Origin: Phoronis australis
Lineage: Eukaryota > Animalia > Phoronida
Direction: 5' to 3'
Assembly: GCA_002633005.1 (NCBI GenBank)
Contig: NMRA01000149.1
Coordinates: 78,066 to 142,065 of the forward strand
DNA: 64,000 nucleotides
The translations under genes were made by a program, and so were the position numbers. Shown one piece after another: positions 13,812-25,344 of this stretch (the first letter of the stretch is position 1; each line of letters opens with the position of its first letter). Under the pieces are notes generated by a model. It worked only from the letters and a program-made list of their open reading frames with translations, had not been told where the DNA came from and made no database searches.

Positions 13812-14259
13812 CTGAAAGGAAATCATGTGAAATATGAACACAGAAACGCGGCAATAACCAATCTATCTGTTTACAAAGAGCACACCAAATGAAAGCTAAC
13901 AGACCACTTTCGTGCCAGTAACAAGCCCTGGTAACTAGGTGTCGTGACTAACATGATTACTACTAGTAAGACACAAAGTACATGACCAACAGAGGGCCCA
14001 CTGTATGATAATGGACTAGCGGATGCAATTTTATCTTTCAAAACTGACACTTCTAACAAATTAGAAGTTTCTACAAGGTGGTTTCTACAACAGCCTCTTC
14101 CATTTCTTTTGAAGATAATTTAATTTGGATTTTGAAAATATAGCAACAGCAAAGCAAAACCATCCAACATTTAACAAAGTGTAAAAAGCTTGTATCACTG
14201 TAAAAAACATCAAAAATGCAATGCAGACTCGTTCTTCTATATTTTTCCAAAACATTTAC

Positions 14260-14377
14260 CTGTGCCAAAATATCTGTGGGCTTGTTCAATTTGTTCATTT
14301 TCTTCTTTGGTTGTTCAGACTCGTCTTCATCATCGTCTTCAAGGCGTTTGACACGGGATCCCTCGCCAAACACTGAC
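14260..14377 (-). CDS. YJU2: YJU2 coding exon 6 (SVFGEGSRVKRLEDDDEDESEQPKKK...KPTDILAQ)
   Basis: tgcag| acceptor and CAG|gtaaat donor, 118 nt, phase matches exon 5. KRL + acidic run + PTDIL resembles the metazoan YJU2 C-terminal half. Confidence 0.88.
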
Positions 14378-15175
14378 CTGCAACTCAAATATAACTCTTG
14401 TAGCTCAACAACTACTAAACAACAACTTGGAAATTTACTAGTCATTGAAAGCATTCCTTTCAAGTTTAACACATCACAATGAATTAATGTGATTGGTCTG
14501 GACTGGAAAGGTAAAATAAAGATGAAATGAAGTATAAAATGCACCTTTATTCTCCAGCAGTATATAAAAAATATAAAACCACTATCTTTTGCACCTGTAT
14601 GCAGCTCTTCATAAAGTGAGTAAAAAGACTTTGTAGAATACAGAAAGGAACACACAAACAAGATAGAAGGGAGACGGAAATGAAAAAGAAAAGAAGAGGA
14701 AATGGAAATCAGATATAATGTTTCACATGCCCCATGTCCATGTTGACACCATGATTGAATTTGGTGTCAAATTCTAAAATGCGAGCAGATGTTAAGAGGC
14801 CCTCTAGTCTCGCCTAAATAACATGTCAGGCAGCATTTAACATAGCGGATGAGATAAATCACCCCAGACAACTTCCACATAAAACCGTTGTTTGTTAACT
14901 GTGTATTAAATTTCATTAGAAAGTGTGATCACTGTGTCCTCCGTAATTTGTTTATGAGACAACAGGGGATGCAACAAGGAAATATCCCATAGTGTTGATT
15001 GTGATTTTCAACATGTCTCGACCAAATGTCCCAACTGATGACATCATCAAACTTACTGAGTTTGTGCTGACACACAATCACTTTTCTTTTGGGGACAAAT
15101 TGTTTCTTTGAATTATGGGTACCGCCATGGGCACAATACAAGGACGGCGCATAAGTGCCCTGATTTACTGATGGC

Positions 15176-15360
15176 TCAGTTTGAGGGCAACTCTTTCAGC
15201 CACTGCTATCTCTCAGTTTGAGGGCAACTCTTTCAGCCATTGCTATCTCTCAGTTTGAGGGCAACTCTTTCAACCATTGCTATCTCTCAGTTTGAGGGCA
15301 ACTCTTTCAACCATTGCTATCTATCAGTTTGAGGGCAACTCTTTCAACCATTGCTATCTC
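15176..15360. repeat. 37-bp minisatellite, 5 copies
   Basis: Unit CTCAGTTTGAGGGCAACTCTTTCARCCAYTGCTATCT, near-identical copies. Confidence 0.95.
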
Positions 15361-16216
15361 ACCCCTCATCTTTATTTTAGATACAGTGACGATACATTAT
15401 TGATTTGACAACAAGGGAAATCTGACCAACTCAATATCATTTGTGAAGACAGCAACCATTCTCATCTATCTATCAATGGCTAGCATACCATTGGTGACAG
15501 CTACATTCTGTATCGGCCACTGATATGGTTTTCATTGATAGCTTCTTGATAGTACTATCAATGGAGAGCATATCAGCAAGTTCTGCATGGCCGGTTATGA
15601 TGACTAGAGCCGAAGCCAAAACTAGACCCAGTGTACCTTCCAGATTCGAGAGGTCCAAAGACAATAACACAGTTCCCTTGTTATCACATACCATCTCCCC
15701 TTTTCAAGTACATATCATTGCCAAAACATGCATACCTTTTTCACCTGTGACACCCTTCCTTTCATTTAGACTGCCCCAATGTCGCCAAGACAATCACTAA
15801 CAGATGTGTTGACTATCACATTTCCTTATGGCACACCCTTTTCTCTTACTGTACAACACATTATTAAGAGCAGTGCCGTCACACGATTAACAATGCTTTT
15901 ACAAGCATGTCATCTGGCATAAGTTACATCAGATATGTTAAATGTCTACACTCATGACATATTGTTGAGACTGGTGGGCCTTCCGTATCCACATGAACAT
16001 GAACAGACATAGACAGTCTTCCACAAATTACATCTACCACTTTCCAAGCATTTTAATCTACTCCAGCTATCTCACTATCTTCAGTTGGTGCAAGGTCAAC
16101 AAGATTGCCCTCATTTTAGAATATGACACCAACACCAACAAGGATATGGGGCACGAGTCATTTCCCCTCCCCTTATTTTTCATTTGCATCTCCCTTTGTT
16201 ACTATCGTCTTTTTAC

Positions 16217-16257
16217 TCACCTGATGAAGAGCTGCAAACAGGCTTGAAAGTTAGTGG
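16217..16257 (+). ncRNA. Minimal type I hammerhead-ribozyme-like motif (degenerate)
   Basis: UCAC-CUGAUGA-A-GAGCUG-CAAA-CAGGCUU-GAAA-GUUA-GUGG: both core boxes, helix II and helix I (UCAC/GUGG) are present, at the 3' end of a Penelope-like element. Confidence 0.65.
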
Positions 16258-16384
16258 TTTTTTATTTTGTATGTTGTTGGAGAATAAACGTGCATTTTAT
16301 TCCTTATTTCATCTTAAGAATTCATAACACTGTCATAGAGAGATAATGTTGACACAACGAATCAATACTTATCACAGTGTGAAC

Positions 16385-16596
16385 TATTGTCATTGTCATC
16401 ACCATCCTTATGACACATCTACCACAATATCGTATGTCATGATCACTATCACCATCGTCATCAATGTCATCACCGCTGCCGGCACTGCCATCATCACTGT
16501 CATCATCATCATCACCACCGTCGTCGTAGTCATCAACACCATCACCATCACCGTCATCATCAACACCACCACCAACATCACCACCATCCTGACCAC
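16385..16596. repeat. Imperfect (CAT/CAC)n trinucleotide tract next to the YJU2 exon 5 donor
   Basis: Direct reading. It generates the low-complexity D/G, I/T and M/V ORFs. Confidence 0.9.
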
Positions 16597-16605
16597 AGTT
16601 CTTAC

Positions 16606-16787
16606 TTAATGAACTTCTCATCCTCCTCATCCTGCAGTTCTCTCAGCTGCTCCTCGTACCGACGATACTTCTCCACCATCGACTCATAGTCCACGCTGGC
16701 CTGCCGTTTGTTCAAGTCCTTCAACTCTTCCAGTGTTTCCAACATGGCCATTTCATTCTGCGATGCCTTGGTACGGTTCTCCAGCAC
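16606..16787 (-). CDS. YJU2: YJU2 coding exon 5 ([34 protein letters not shown]...)
   Basis: tttag| acceptor and AA|gtaag donor, 182 nt. Conserved LENRT...[13 protein letters not shown]. Confidence 0.93.
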
Positions 16788-17261
16788 CTAAATACGAGAC
16801 AGAAATAATTCAGTTTTAACGTTTAAGTTGAAAATTTGTTGATTGACACATTCTTCTTCCTGAATACTTTGGACTAAAATGTGCCAATGAATTTATTTTG
16901 ATATTCGTTTTTTATCTAAGTCAAAAATCCACTCAGACGATATTCATTTGATTTTTTTAACATTGTTCACCACAAATGATAAAAATAACAAAACTCAAGT
17001 TTATAGCATATTTTAATTTCAACCAGCACTAGAAACCTCATGAAAAGCTGAAAGGCTGACAAGATATCTTTCAAAAAAAAAACGTAATGGGCTGATTAAG
17101 AACAGTTATTTTGTGTGATAATCTGAGGTTTGATAGCAATTCTTTAGTCTGATCTCAGAAAGACTTTTTTTAATTAAAAAGAATAACTCAATGAACAGAC
17201 TAACAGATGCAATAACATGCAAACATGACATTCTGATGCGCTTGCCACGACCATCTCTTAC

Positions 17262-17396
17262 TTTCATTGGATTGTTGGCCTCTTCCTCTTCCTTTTCCTT
17301 AGCTTCTTTCTTCGCCAGTTCTTCTGCTGTTCTTGCTGCTTCAAAATTACGAGTTGCCCCAGCCTCCAACGTATAGTCTGTGTTCTCTGGGTCTGT
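17262..17396 (-). CDS. YJU2: YJU2 coding exon 4 ([20 protein letters not shown]...NNPMK)
   Basis: ttcag| acceptor and AAA|gtaaga donor, 135 nt, phase 0. Conserved TDPENTDY and GATRNF. Confidence 0.95.
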
Positions 17397-17443
17397 CTGA
17401 AAGTACATTCCAAACATAATTGCCAGGCTATCGTCAGTTTATT

Positions 17444-17722
17444 AGAGCCAATGTGAATTAGCGGTTAGTGTGGTGGACTCGAAACCAAAAGGTTGTGGGT
17501 TCAGCACCAGGCTGTTACAGTTCTATGTTGCAGTGTCTTAGAACAAGACACACACAGTACATTGCTCTAGTAAAATCAGCCGTATAAAATGAGTATCAGC
17601 CATGGATGGAAAGTAACCTGCCATCCAGATGGACTTGAAAGATTCTCATCCACTCATGCTTTAGAAACCAGAGTTAGCAACTCACTCAATGAGCCATCAG
17701 GCTCATGAAGGATTTACCTTTT
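17444..17722 (+). mobile_element. tRNA-derived SINE in YJU2 intron 3
   Basis: Box A-like TTAGCGGTTAG, box B-like GGTTCAGCACC, a GTGTCTTAGAACAAGACAC hairpin, a 3' GAGCCATCAGGCTC hairpin and a T-rich tail. Confidence 0.6.
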
Positions 17723-18041
17723 CACTATATGGTCATTTCAAAACTGCCCAAGAAGAAATCTTTATATGAAAGTATCTGATCACTGCTGATTAAATATAAT
17801 AAAATGGTTCCTCTAAAATCTTTTGATATACAATTACCACTAATATTTTGCAATCACTTTTGAGTAACAAGACTACAGACTCGGTTCACCTGCCGAATTG
17901 AAAAGTCCCTCGAATCCTCTTTAAAAGTTGAACACCATTTCACATCTGTTCACACTATGACAGCAATATAGATCACATGTGCTTTGTTGACAGCAGTACT
18001 GATAAGAATAATTTAAAACAAGTTGCTATAAAATCATATAA

Positions 18042-19003
18042 CAGGGATGCCAACCACTCAGGGCATAATCTGTAACCTTCAAGTTAAAATATACAGCTTT
18101 GCGCCGATGTGGGTAAAAAACTGGACAGATAAAATCTGACACAAAATTAGAGTCATTAAAAAATACAGTCTTCCTTGAGTAAACTAAATTATTTAACGGT
18201 GTTGGAAAAAATGGCGTTCTATCGTTATTCTGCTGCTAAAGTTGTGGAGTGATTTTTAGCGACGACTTTCGGTGCCATGAAATATTGCGTCACCTGTTGG
18301 CTGTGTGCAATATCGAGGTCTATCGAAGTGGTACCCAGCTGTATTTTGACGATAGTCTTCATACAGCTAGCTGGCTGACTAGTAATAACCCAGCTCATCA
18401 CATCGATGTTTTTCAGCTGTTGTCAACATGATTAATTTCTTCCCAAATTACCATAGCCCCACAAATCCCAATATCTCGTAATTCCTGATCCATAGTGGCA
18501 TCAGGGTTCTCAGTGTTGAAGACAGCATGATTAGACACTGTAAATTCCATAACTGTTTTTTAAATGTAATCTAATTTATCTGGATGATCCTCTGTAAAAT
18601 TTCATTCTGGACATCTTAACACAATTTCCAAAGCATACGATATCACACAATAGCAAAACCAAGTAAGGACTTTTTTCATTGGCCATTCCTTCGCAAAAAA
18701 CTATAATTGACCAATCACACAATGGAAATTTCATATGTAAATTGCATTCTACACTGGTACTCAGGATACGTCTTATTGGTCGGATCTTGGCTTCTCGACA
18801 ATTCCGGTACTTCCTGCCTCAATCTTTGCTTATGTGTTGCCTCGAAACACTGACGATTTTAAAGATAATTTTAACTTTCACCTAATTTTTTTAAGAGAAA
18901 TATATGCTCAAAATCCGTAACATTTAAAAATACGTACGTAGTGAATTTTTAGGCCCTATGAGAACGTAGAATACGAATAAATCCATAACAGTTGGCAGTC
19001 CTC
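18042..19003. mobile_element. hAT-like non-autonomous element in YJU2 intron 3
   Basis: Imperfect TIRs CAGGGATGCCAAC / GTTGGCAGTCCTC. CATATAA is duplicated at both flanks (7-8 bp depending on the boundary chosen). Confidence 0.65.
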
Positions 19004-19147
19004 CATATAACCACGAAACGGGTATTACATGCACATAACTTTATCTAATGAGTTAGCAACACTTCACTTTGTAATACTACACAACTCCAGAAACTGGTTT
19101 ATAACATTAACAGATTTTTGTAACATATGCATTTAGTGTAACACTTG

Positions 19148-19313
19148 ATAATTCTCATGAAGACGTACCTTGAATGATATCACAGCGATATAATTGTCAT
19201 GAAGACGTACCTTGAATGATATCACAGCGATATAATTCGCATGAAGACGTGCCTTGAATGATATCACAGCGATATAATTATGAAGACGTACCTTGAATGA
19301 TATCACAGCTATG
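19148..19313. repeat. 39/42-bp tandem repeat (about 4 copies) spanning the YJU2 exon 3 donor
   Basis: Unit ATGAAGACGTACCTTGAATGATATCACAGCGATATAATT(NNN). Confidence 0.95.
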
Positions 19314-19436
19314 CATCGTGGGCAACGGATGTAGAATCGGAAAATGTAGAGTCCCAGATAGAACTCATCCTCCACGTTTTCCTTCCGAGAGTTGAACTTT
19401 TTCCCTTTGTATATGTATTCGCCGCAGGTGTTGCAT
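19292..19436 (-). CDS. YJU2: YJU2 coding exon 3 ([19 protein letters not shown]...[17 protein letters not shown]), zinc-binding region
   Basis: tgcag| acceptor and AAG|gtacgt donor, 145 nt, in phase with exon 2. Two CxxC pairs. Confidence 0.95.
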
Positions 19437-19688
19437 CTGCAAAATTTTTCAAACACTTCCTTAAATGAAAGTTGCCAACTTGTATTGTCTATAACCAATG
19501 ACAGTGCAATACTTTAAGTGAAAAGAGTGGCATATGAATGGTAATGTCTTTATCTAGAAGACATTTTCCCTTGAGTTGAATGGGAAAAGAAACTGACTTA
19601 AAATTTCATGTTGTATCAACTGAATAAGGTAACTGTGAGTGTGAAGACAGTATACAACCAATTACACATTGACATAGGGAAGTCATAC

Positions 19689-19789
19689 CTCATGTTGAAT
19701 GGAGCCATGATACGAATAGTATACATAGCATTCTTCTCGCGTCTCATTCGTGGGATTTTGTTGGGATCAAAATCCGCTGGATAGTATTT
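19689..19789 (-). CDS. YJU2: YJU2 coding exon 2 ([33 protein letters not shown])
   Basis: ttcag| acceptor and AG|gtatga donor, 101 nt. KYYPxDFDP and MAPFNMR motifs of the YJU2/CWC16 family. Confidence 0.95.
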
Positions 19790-20286
19790 CTGAAAGCAAC
19801 ATATTACACGATTATGAAATATGGCTACGAGACTTTTTAAATCATAAAATGTAACAAAAAGTAACATTCACACTGAAAAAGCTGCTACCAACTTGTAAAT
19901 CAGAGAAATATTAGCCATGTCACTCAACAGAAGAAAACTGGAAAGCTATCAGAGATAGTATGTGCTTGTAGATCTGAAGTTTCGTGGTTCAAATCCCAGA
20001 GTTAGTGATTTTTGAAATTATAATCCTAAATACCAAATTCATGATTAGTAATGTTTGATGTAGTTTTTCCAAATTTTCCACAACCTGTTTTGACTCGTCG
20101 CAGTAATTAGTTTGAAATTTGTTGCACCTAGTTTGGTTCACCAGCATCAAGTTTAGAAATGGGTATTTAGTCATTCGTTAAGCTAATTAGGGACTGTTCA
20201 CAATTACCACAATTTTCACGAGCATACAAACCATATGCTTTTGGGGGATGGGCTGGCTGCTAGTGTATATGCATTGGGTTTCAAAG

Positions 20287-20370
20287 AAATGGTAAAGTCA
20301 AATAACAAATGATAATGTCAAATAACAAATGGTAATGTCAAATAACAACTAGTAATGTCAAAGAACAAAA
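20287..20370. repeat. 20-bp tandem repeat, about 4 copies
   Basis: Unit GTCAAATAACAAATGRTAAT. Confidence 0.85.
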
Positions 20371-21942
20371 GCCAATATTGAATAATAGGTGAAATGAACT
20401 TCCTTCAAGTATGTTGTTGTGTCATGTTTTTTCTTCGTAAGTCCCATTTTTCATCCTATCCCATACTGCATATCTCGCTAAAAACTTGAGGCCCATTGTG
20501 TTTTGGTGTAATCAAACCAAAGGTGTGGCTGCGACAGCCATTTTTGATTTTCTCCGCCCATGGACTCGGAAAGAAAATAAAGTCTGTGACGAGTATGGTA
20601 CTAAGAAATCTAGTTGTGAAAGTACTTTGGGCCCTGACTTTTCTGGCCCCAAATTGTCACCTGATTTCACATCACCTAGTACATCTAGTAGTGGTGCTAT
20701 ATTGAAATCTTTGGTTTCCAAATTGATGCACTTTCAGCATCCATACTTACGACCTAAATCACTCTGCTAAAGCATCAATACTCACTACTTGTTTCATCCT
20801 TCTCGAAATCAGACTTTTAGAGGCAAATTCAGTACTGAAGACAATTTTCTATAAAAAATCAGCTATGTTGCTTGTGACAGCTTTTTAACATCAGAGATGA
20901 TGACCAATTTTAGCAAGGTCTCCAATAATTTAATCAAATTATTTGCTTTGTTGCAGACTCTGTTGTCAACACTATTAGTGCACCTGTCACTTCAGTCATC
21001 TCGAGGCTCCTCGCCTAAACTCTCTTTTACAACTCCTCACATGTTTCACGTGTGGCAGAATGGTACATTATCAAACACCTTGCGGTAACAAAATTCCCAG
21101 GTCACCAAAACGGAAGAGGTTCCCCAAAAAAGAAAATCTCTAAGAGGGATTGCAAAATTCCAGGCTCCTACAATCAATGCGTAGCTGACATGAGCCGGAA
21201 GTGCAATAAACAAGATATTTGACAGCATTGTCAATGGAAAATTATTAGTGTCTCGCATGCTCATTATGATTAGTGCCCCATCACATGACCAATAAGCTGA
21301 GCAGGGTCATCTGCCAAATCAAAATACATATACATGACTACAGTACGCGAATTAAGATGAATTTGGTGAAGAATTCCAACTCAAATTTGTTGGTTGCCGT
21401 AACAAAGTATTTCAACTGATGTCACATGAGTTAGGCGAGGACTAGTGCGAGACTGAGCGAAACGCGTGACCTGGCGCAACACTTGCAAATGGGAGGATAT
21501 CAGGTGGAATTTGTAAGATTTGTGTCCCTCGGAATTTTTGTTCGTCAATAGGTGTGATTTCACATAACTTCCTCAAAATGGCACCTGGTGAGGGAAGCTC
21601 GAGCGAACAGCAACAGATTTCCATGGAATGCTCAAGTTATGACTTATGACTGTAGTGTTGTTCTGTAACCAGAATCATGGTACGGGTTGATTATAACCCC
21701 ATGGCCATGTGCATATCTGCATGTTTCATTCGATTTTATTCGCTGTAATTTGAGATGAGTAACTTTTTATGGGTCTGTACTATCGCCCCAGTATGCCTGC
21801 GTCATTCAGGACGATGAAATTGCCTAGGACTGGAGTAGAGAGTAGAGACCTGCTAAAAATGAATAAAGTAACCAGATGACATTTGAGCGGCTAAGAGAAA
21901 TTACAAAGAAAACGAACAATTTTGACTATTCTTTTTACTTAC

Positions 21943-21966
21943 GTTTAAAACTTTTCTTTCAGACAT
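21943..21966 (-). CDS. YJU2: YJU2/CCDC94 splicing factor, coding exon 1 (MSERKVLN)
   Basis: Minus strand reads cacc ATG TCT GAA AGA AAA GTT TTA AAC|gtaagt. MSERKVLN is the conserved YJU2 N-terminus, with a good Kozak context and donor site. Confidence 0.93.
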
Positions 21967-21969
21967 GGT

Positions 21970-22413
21970 GAGGATTCGGTTGTTCGCTGCAACCTAGATT
22001 TCTTAACACCAGTTGTAGGCCTACTCGCAAAGAAGTTCAACGTCTTTCACACGACTTCGATGTCCCTATCGTTGCTGTTAAACAAAGGCCACTGTAAAAA
22101 TATACGCTGTACTCTTGCACATGCTTAAAAACTTAAAAAGATACCTATGAATTATAAATCAATAGTTATGTATTAAACATAGTTAAAATTTCGATCTAAA
22201 ATTTGAACCTTCGGTGTTGCATGATTTTTATTATACAGTTAAACTCAACTTCTTATACTTCCGGACCAGGCACTACTTCCGGACCATTGACCATTGAGGG
22301 AATTAGCTCTCGACCATTCATTTGGGCAAGCCCAGCAAGTCAAAGGATATGTTTTTTCAATACTCTCAAAATAGAATTTGCGTTGTCGTGTAGTTTAATC
22401 AGTTACAAGGAAG
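21970..22413. promoter_or_regulatory. Putative bidirectional promoter for YJU2 and INIP, including a putative non-coding first exon of INIP
   Basis: Two ETS/GABP-type ACTTCCGG motifs (22257-22264, 22275-22282) about 300 bp upstream of the YJU2 ATG. Plus-strand donor GAAG|gtgagc at 22413 could splice to the acceptor at 25304. Confidence 0.6.
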
Positions 22414-25020
22414 GTGAGCTTACATACTTACCTGATGAGTTACTGCTTAAATCATTATTAATCCCTTGCCAACTGCCAATGGCAATGGCAATGCTGAGCT
22501 CTGCCTCTGGCTCCGGCTACCAGTTTCAAGAGGGTCCGCTTACTCCACTTTTATCCAGCTTTGACTGTCTTGAACCCGTGGCAGTGCTCGAAACTTAACC
22601 TGAAGCACTTGGCGAAAGTTCCAGATAACCAGCCGAAATCTGAGATCGCTAAAAAACGTCGTTGAAATTGTTGACTTAAAAAAATTCATGCCATACTCCG
22701 TTTTCGGAAAAATATACATACCTCTTCAATTTCTGTCCGTAAAAAATGCACCATTCAATCTCTAACTCAATTCCTTCTGCTAACGAAGAACACAGACAAT
22801 CGCATGTTTCATGATCCGATTTTTGCCAAACAATGCTGACTTCCTACTTCCATCTGCTTACTTCCTGTGTTTTTTTAAGCGCATGTTTGATGTGTGCAGA
22901 CTGCTGAGGGTGGCAAATGCACTTATTTTATGAAATTAACGGAATAGTTGTGAACCAAAGGTATTTAATGGAGAAAAACTGTTAGTAATTTAAACTTTGG
23001 AAGCCACCACAAACTTTGAAATGAATTTTTGGGGAGATATTTTCTGACTAGCTGTGGCGACTTGGGATTTTGGTGCCAAATCGAGCCCTGCATGTTTAAA
23101 TCAGTGTCAGCAAAATTTTCAAGAAAACTGTCAAAAACTGGTTTAAGTACCTTACCGCCGAGCCTAATTACAACTACTCTACAAGTTACGAAGTTATTAG
23201 GCAACAAGTAACCCCTGCCTATGTGGCATAGGCTGGCAGGGCTCCGTTAGAACAATGTAACTGCTTGGTTCCTTACTGAGTTAAGACCTTGATCTCTGGC
23301 CTCTTTAAGGACTGGCGTTACCTGAAATTTTATGAACATGGTCTGAAGAAGTGTTTAATTGTCCTTTCTAAGCCGTAGAAAGAACTGAAGCTCTTAGCCA
23401 AGAAATCACATTTATTGAGAGACAATTTAAGACCAATGTCATATGACAAGTGGCATTATATAGATTGTTAGGGTAGCTCTCCTGGTCATTTGGTCATGAA
23501 ACTTATTAACATAAAATAGCGTAATAGTTTCTCAGGACACTTCCCCCATGTGACTAATTCTTATGATCTGCATACGTGAGCACTCACTGTTGTCAATTTC
23601 AGTTCTGATAATCATTAAAAAACTTGTAAACTCTCGGAAGTAATTTGGGAACTTATAGTACCTTCAATTTGCCACAGACATCAGTTTGGTTCACTAGCCG
23701 GCGCCAAATTGGAGTGTGCCCAATCAGTTTGACACAGGCATCTGTTTGGGCTGCAACGGATGGGCGCTTGCAAAATCTGGGGGTCAATAGACACTCATCT
23801 TGCTAGTTTCAGCAGCTTAGATGAATAACTACCTAATAAATGTCATTTTCTTGCTTCACTCTCTGGCTTTTATAACAAAGACAAGTCGTCCGTTGACTTG
23901 AAAACAATATGCTTACGACACATGCATGCACTATTTGCTGAAGTGTTTGCGACATCTGCTCACAAATTTGTTTTACTGATGATAAGAAACCACTGCAGTA
24001 AATTTGTTGTGATCTCTATGCAATCTTGTTAACCAAGCTCGTAAATTATTAAATCATGTCATGAAAAGTCAGTCTGCTCATTGATTTCAAAATATTGTGT
24101 TTGGGACACGTGCACACCCCATTTGCTCTATTTTTGGTTTGGTAAAGCAAGATGGGGGCAACTTCACCAAAGAAAAATTTGCTCAGTATTTCCGTTCTTT
24201 ATTGATAAAATATTCAAAACTGTTTACATGGTGCAAACACCTTTTTAGTAACTATTTGCAAATTTGTGAAAACGTAACTGTTAACAGTGGATCGAAGAAT
24301 CATTGAAAACATTAACTGGCCAGTAGATGGCATGATGTCTCATGGTGCTCAAAGCTGATGCAGGTCATTTCTTACAAATTTAACTACACTGGTAACCAAG
24401 CTAGTTTACTCAAGGAGAAGTGTCTTTATTTTTAATGACATTCTATGTCAGATTTTAGTTCCCCAATTGTTTTATCCAGATCAAACATAGTCTGAGTGGG
24501 AAGCCAATACAAATTTGCAAACACCTTTTGGTTGATCGGACTAAAAGATGAGAGAAATAAAGTTTGTCAAATAAAGCTTCATGTCATGAAAATGTACACT
24601 CTTCCTTGAGTGAATAAAACTGGTTAGCGATACTAAAAAGCTCTGTTATTCTGCTTCGTAATTTGTACAGCAATTATGTGTCTTGAGTTCCGTGAAATAG
24701 AGTGTCACCTTCTGGCCAATTTCTTCAACAATTCCTCAGTCAGCTGTTCGTCCATAAAGTTATGTACAGTTCATAGCGGGAATGGGAGGCTTTCAAGTAG
24801 CAAGCGATCATATGGGACTGGATATTAGTGACCTCTAGAGGACAAGGAGGAAATTTCATTTTTGTTTAAAACACATCACATTTAGTCGTGTGAACTGTAA
24901 CAGGTTTTTTCAAAGAAGCCAAAGTGTACCTTTGCCAACCTCTATGAGGAAGAAGTACCTCTTGGTACAGCCAGGTGGTGATAGGAGTTATTGGTCTCAT
25001 GTGATCATCTCACATTGCTT

Positions 25021-25176
25021 CAGTGCTGTAATGGTAAAATTAGAGGCAAGTAGGCGCCCAAAGCCCACCATATCACCTTGAGCACTGAACATAACTTATG
25101 GTGCATAGGCGCTACGTTCAAATGCCAAAAGGTGGTTGGATGTACCTACGTGCGCCTACGCCCCACTGCTGCACTG
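25021..25176. mobile_element. hAT-type MITE (156 bp)
   Basis: TIRs CAGTGCTGTAATGG / CCACTGCTGCACTG with a perfect 8-bp TSD CATTGCTT on both sides. Confidence 0.85.
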
Positions 25177-25344
25177 CATTGCTTCCTAAAAGTCTCCCAA
25201 TTGGATTCACTTCTTTATAAATTTTCAGTATTTTAGTGCCATGAAACTGAATTTCTGTGCAAAATTTATTCACTTTTAACTTGTGTTATTCCTAATCCTT
25301 TAGAGGCAGCACATGTGTAGGAACTGCCTTGTTGGCAGTAGAAG

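Larger units (their letters stand above)
14940..16300 (+). mobile_element. Decayed Penelope-like retroelement fragment (RT and GIY-YIG remnants), antisense in YJU2 intron 5
   Basis: Reads KLTEFVLTHNHFSFGDKLFL*IMGTAMGT (about 15050-15136) and FYFRYSDDTLLI* (about 15370-15408), matching the Penelope RT motifs GxxMG and RYxDD. A GIY-YIG-like ETG...MNxHR remnant lies near 15965-16013, followed by a 3' CTGATGA..GAAA motif and AATAAA. Confidence 0.75.

Noticed and set aside
14071-14661. 196-aa ORF as a separate gene
   Set aside because: It is YJU2 exon 6 plus read-through into flanking intron sequence.
15176-15360. CRISPR-like 37-bp repeats
   Set aside because: Head-to-tail units with no unique spacers, no cas genes and a eukaryotic context.
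16322-16630. Asp/Gly-rich, Ile/Thr-rich and Met/Val-rich ORFs
   Set aside because: Translations of an intronic (CAT/CAC)n tract.
22582-23820. hAT-like element starting CAGTGCTCGAAACT
   Set aside because: No convincing partner TIR or TSD.
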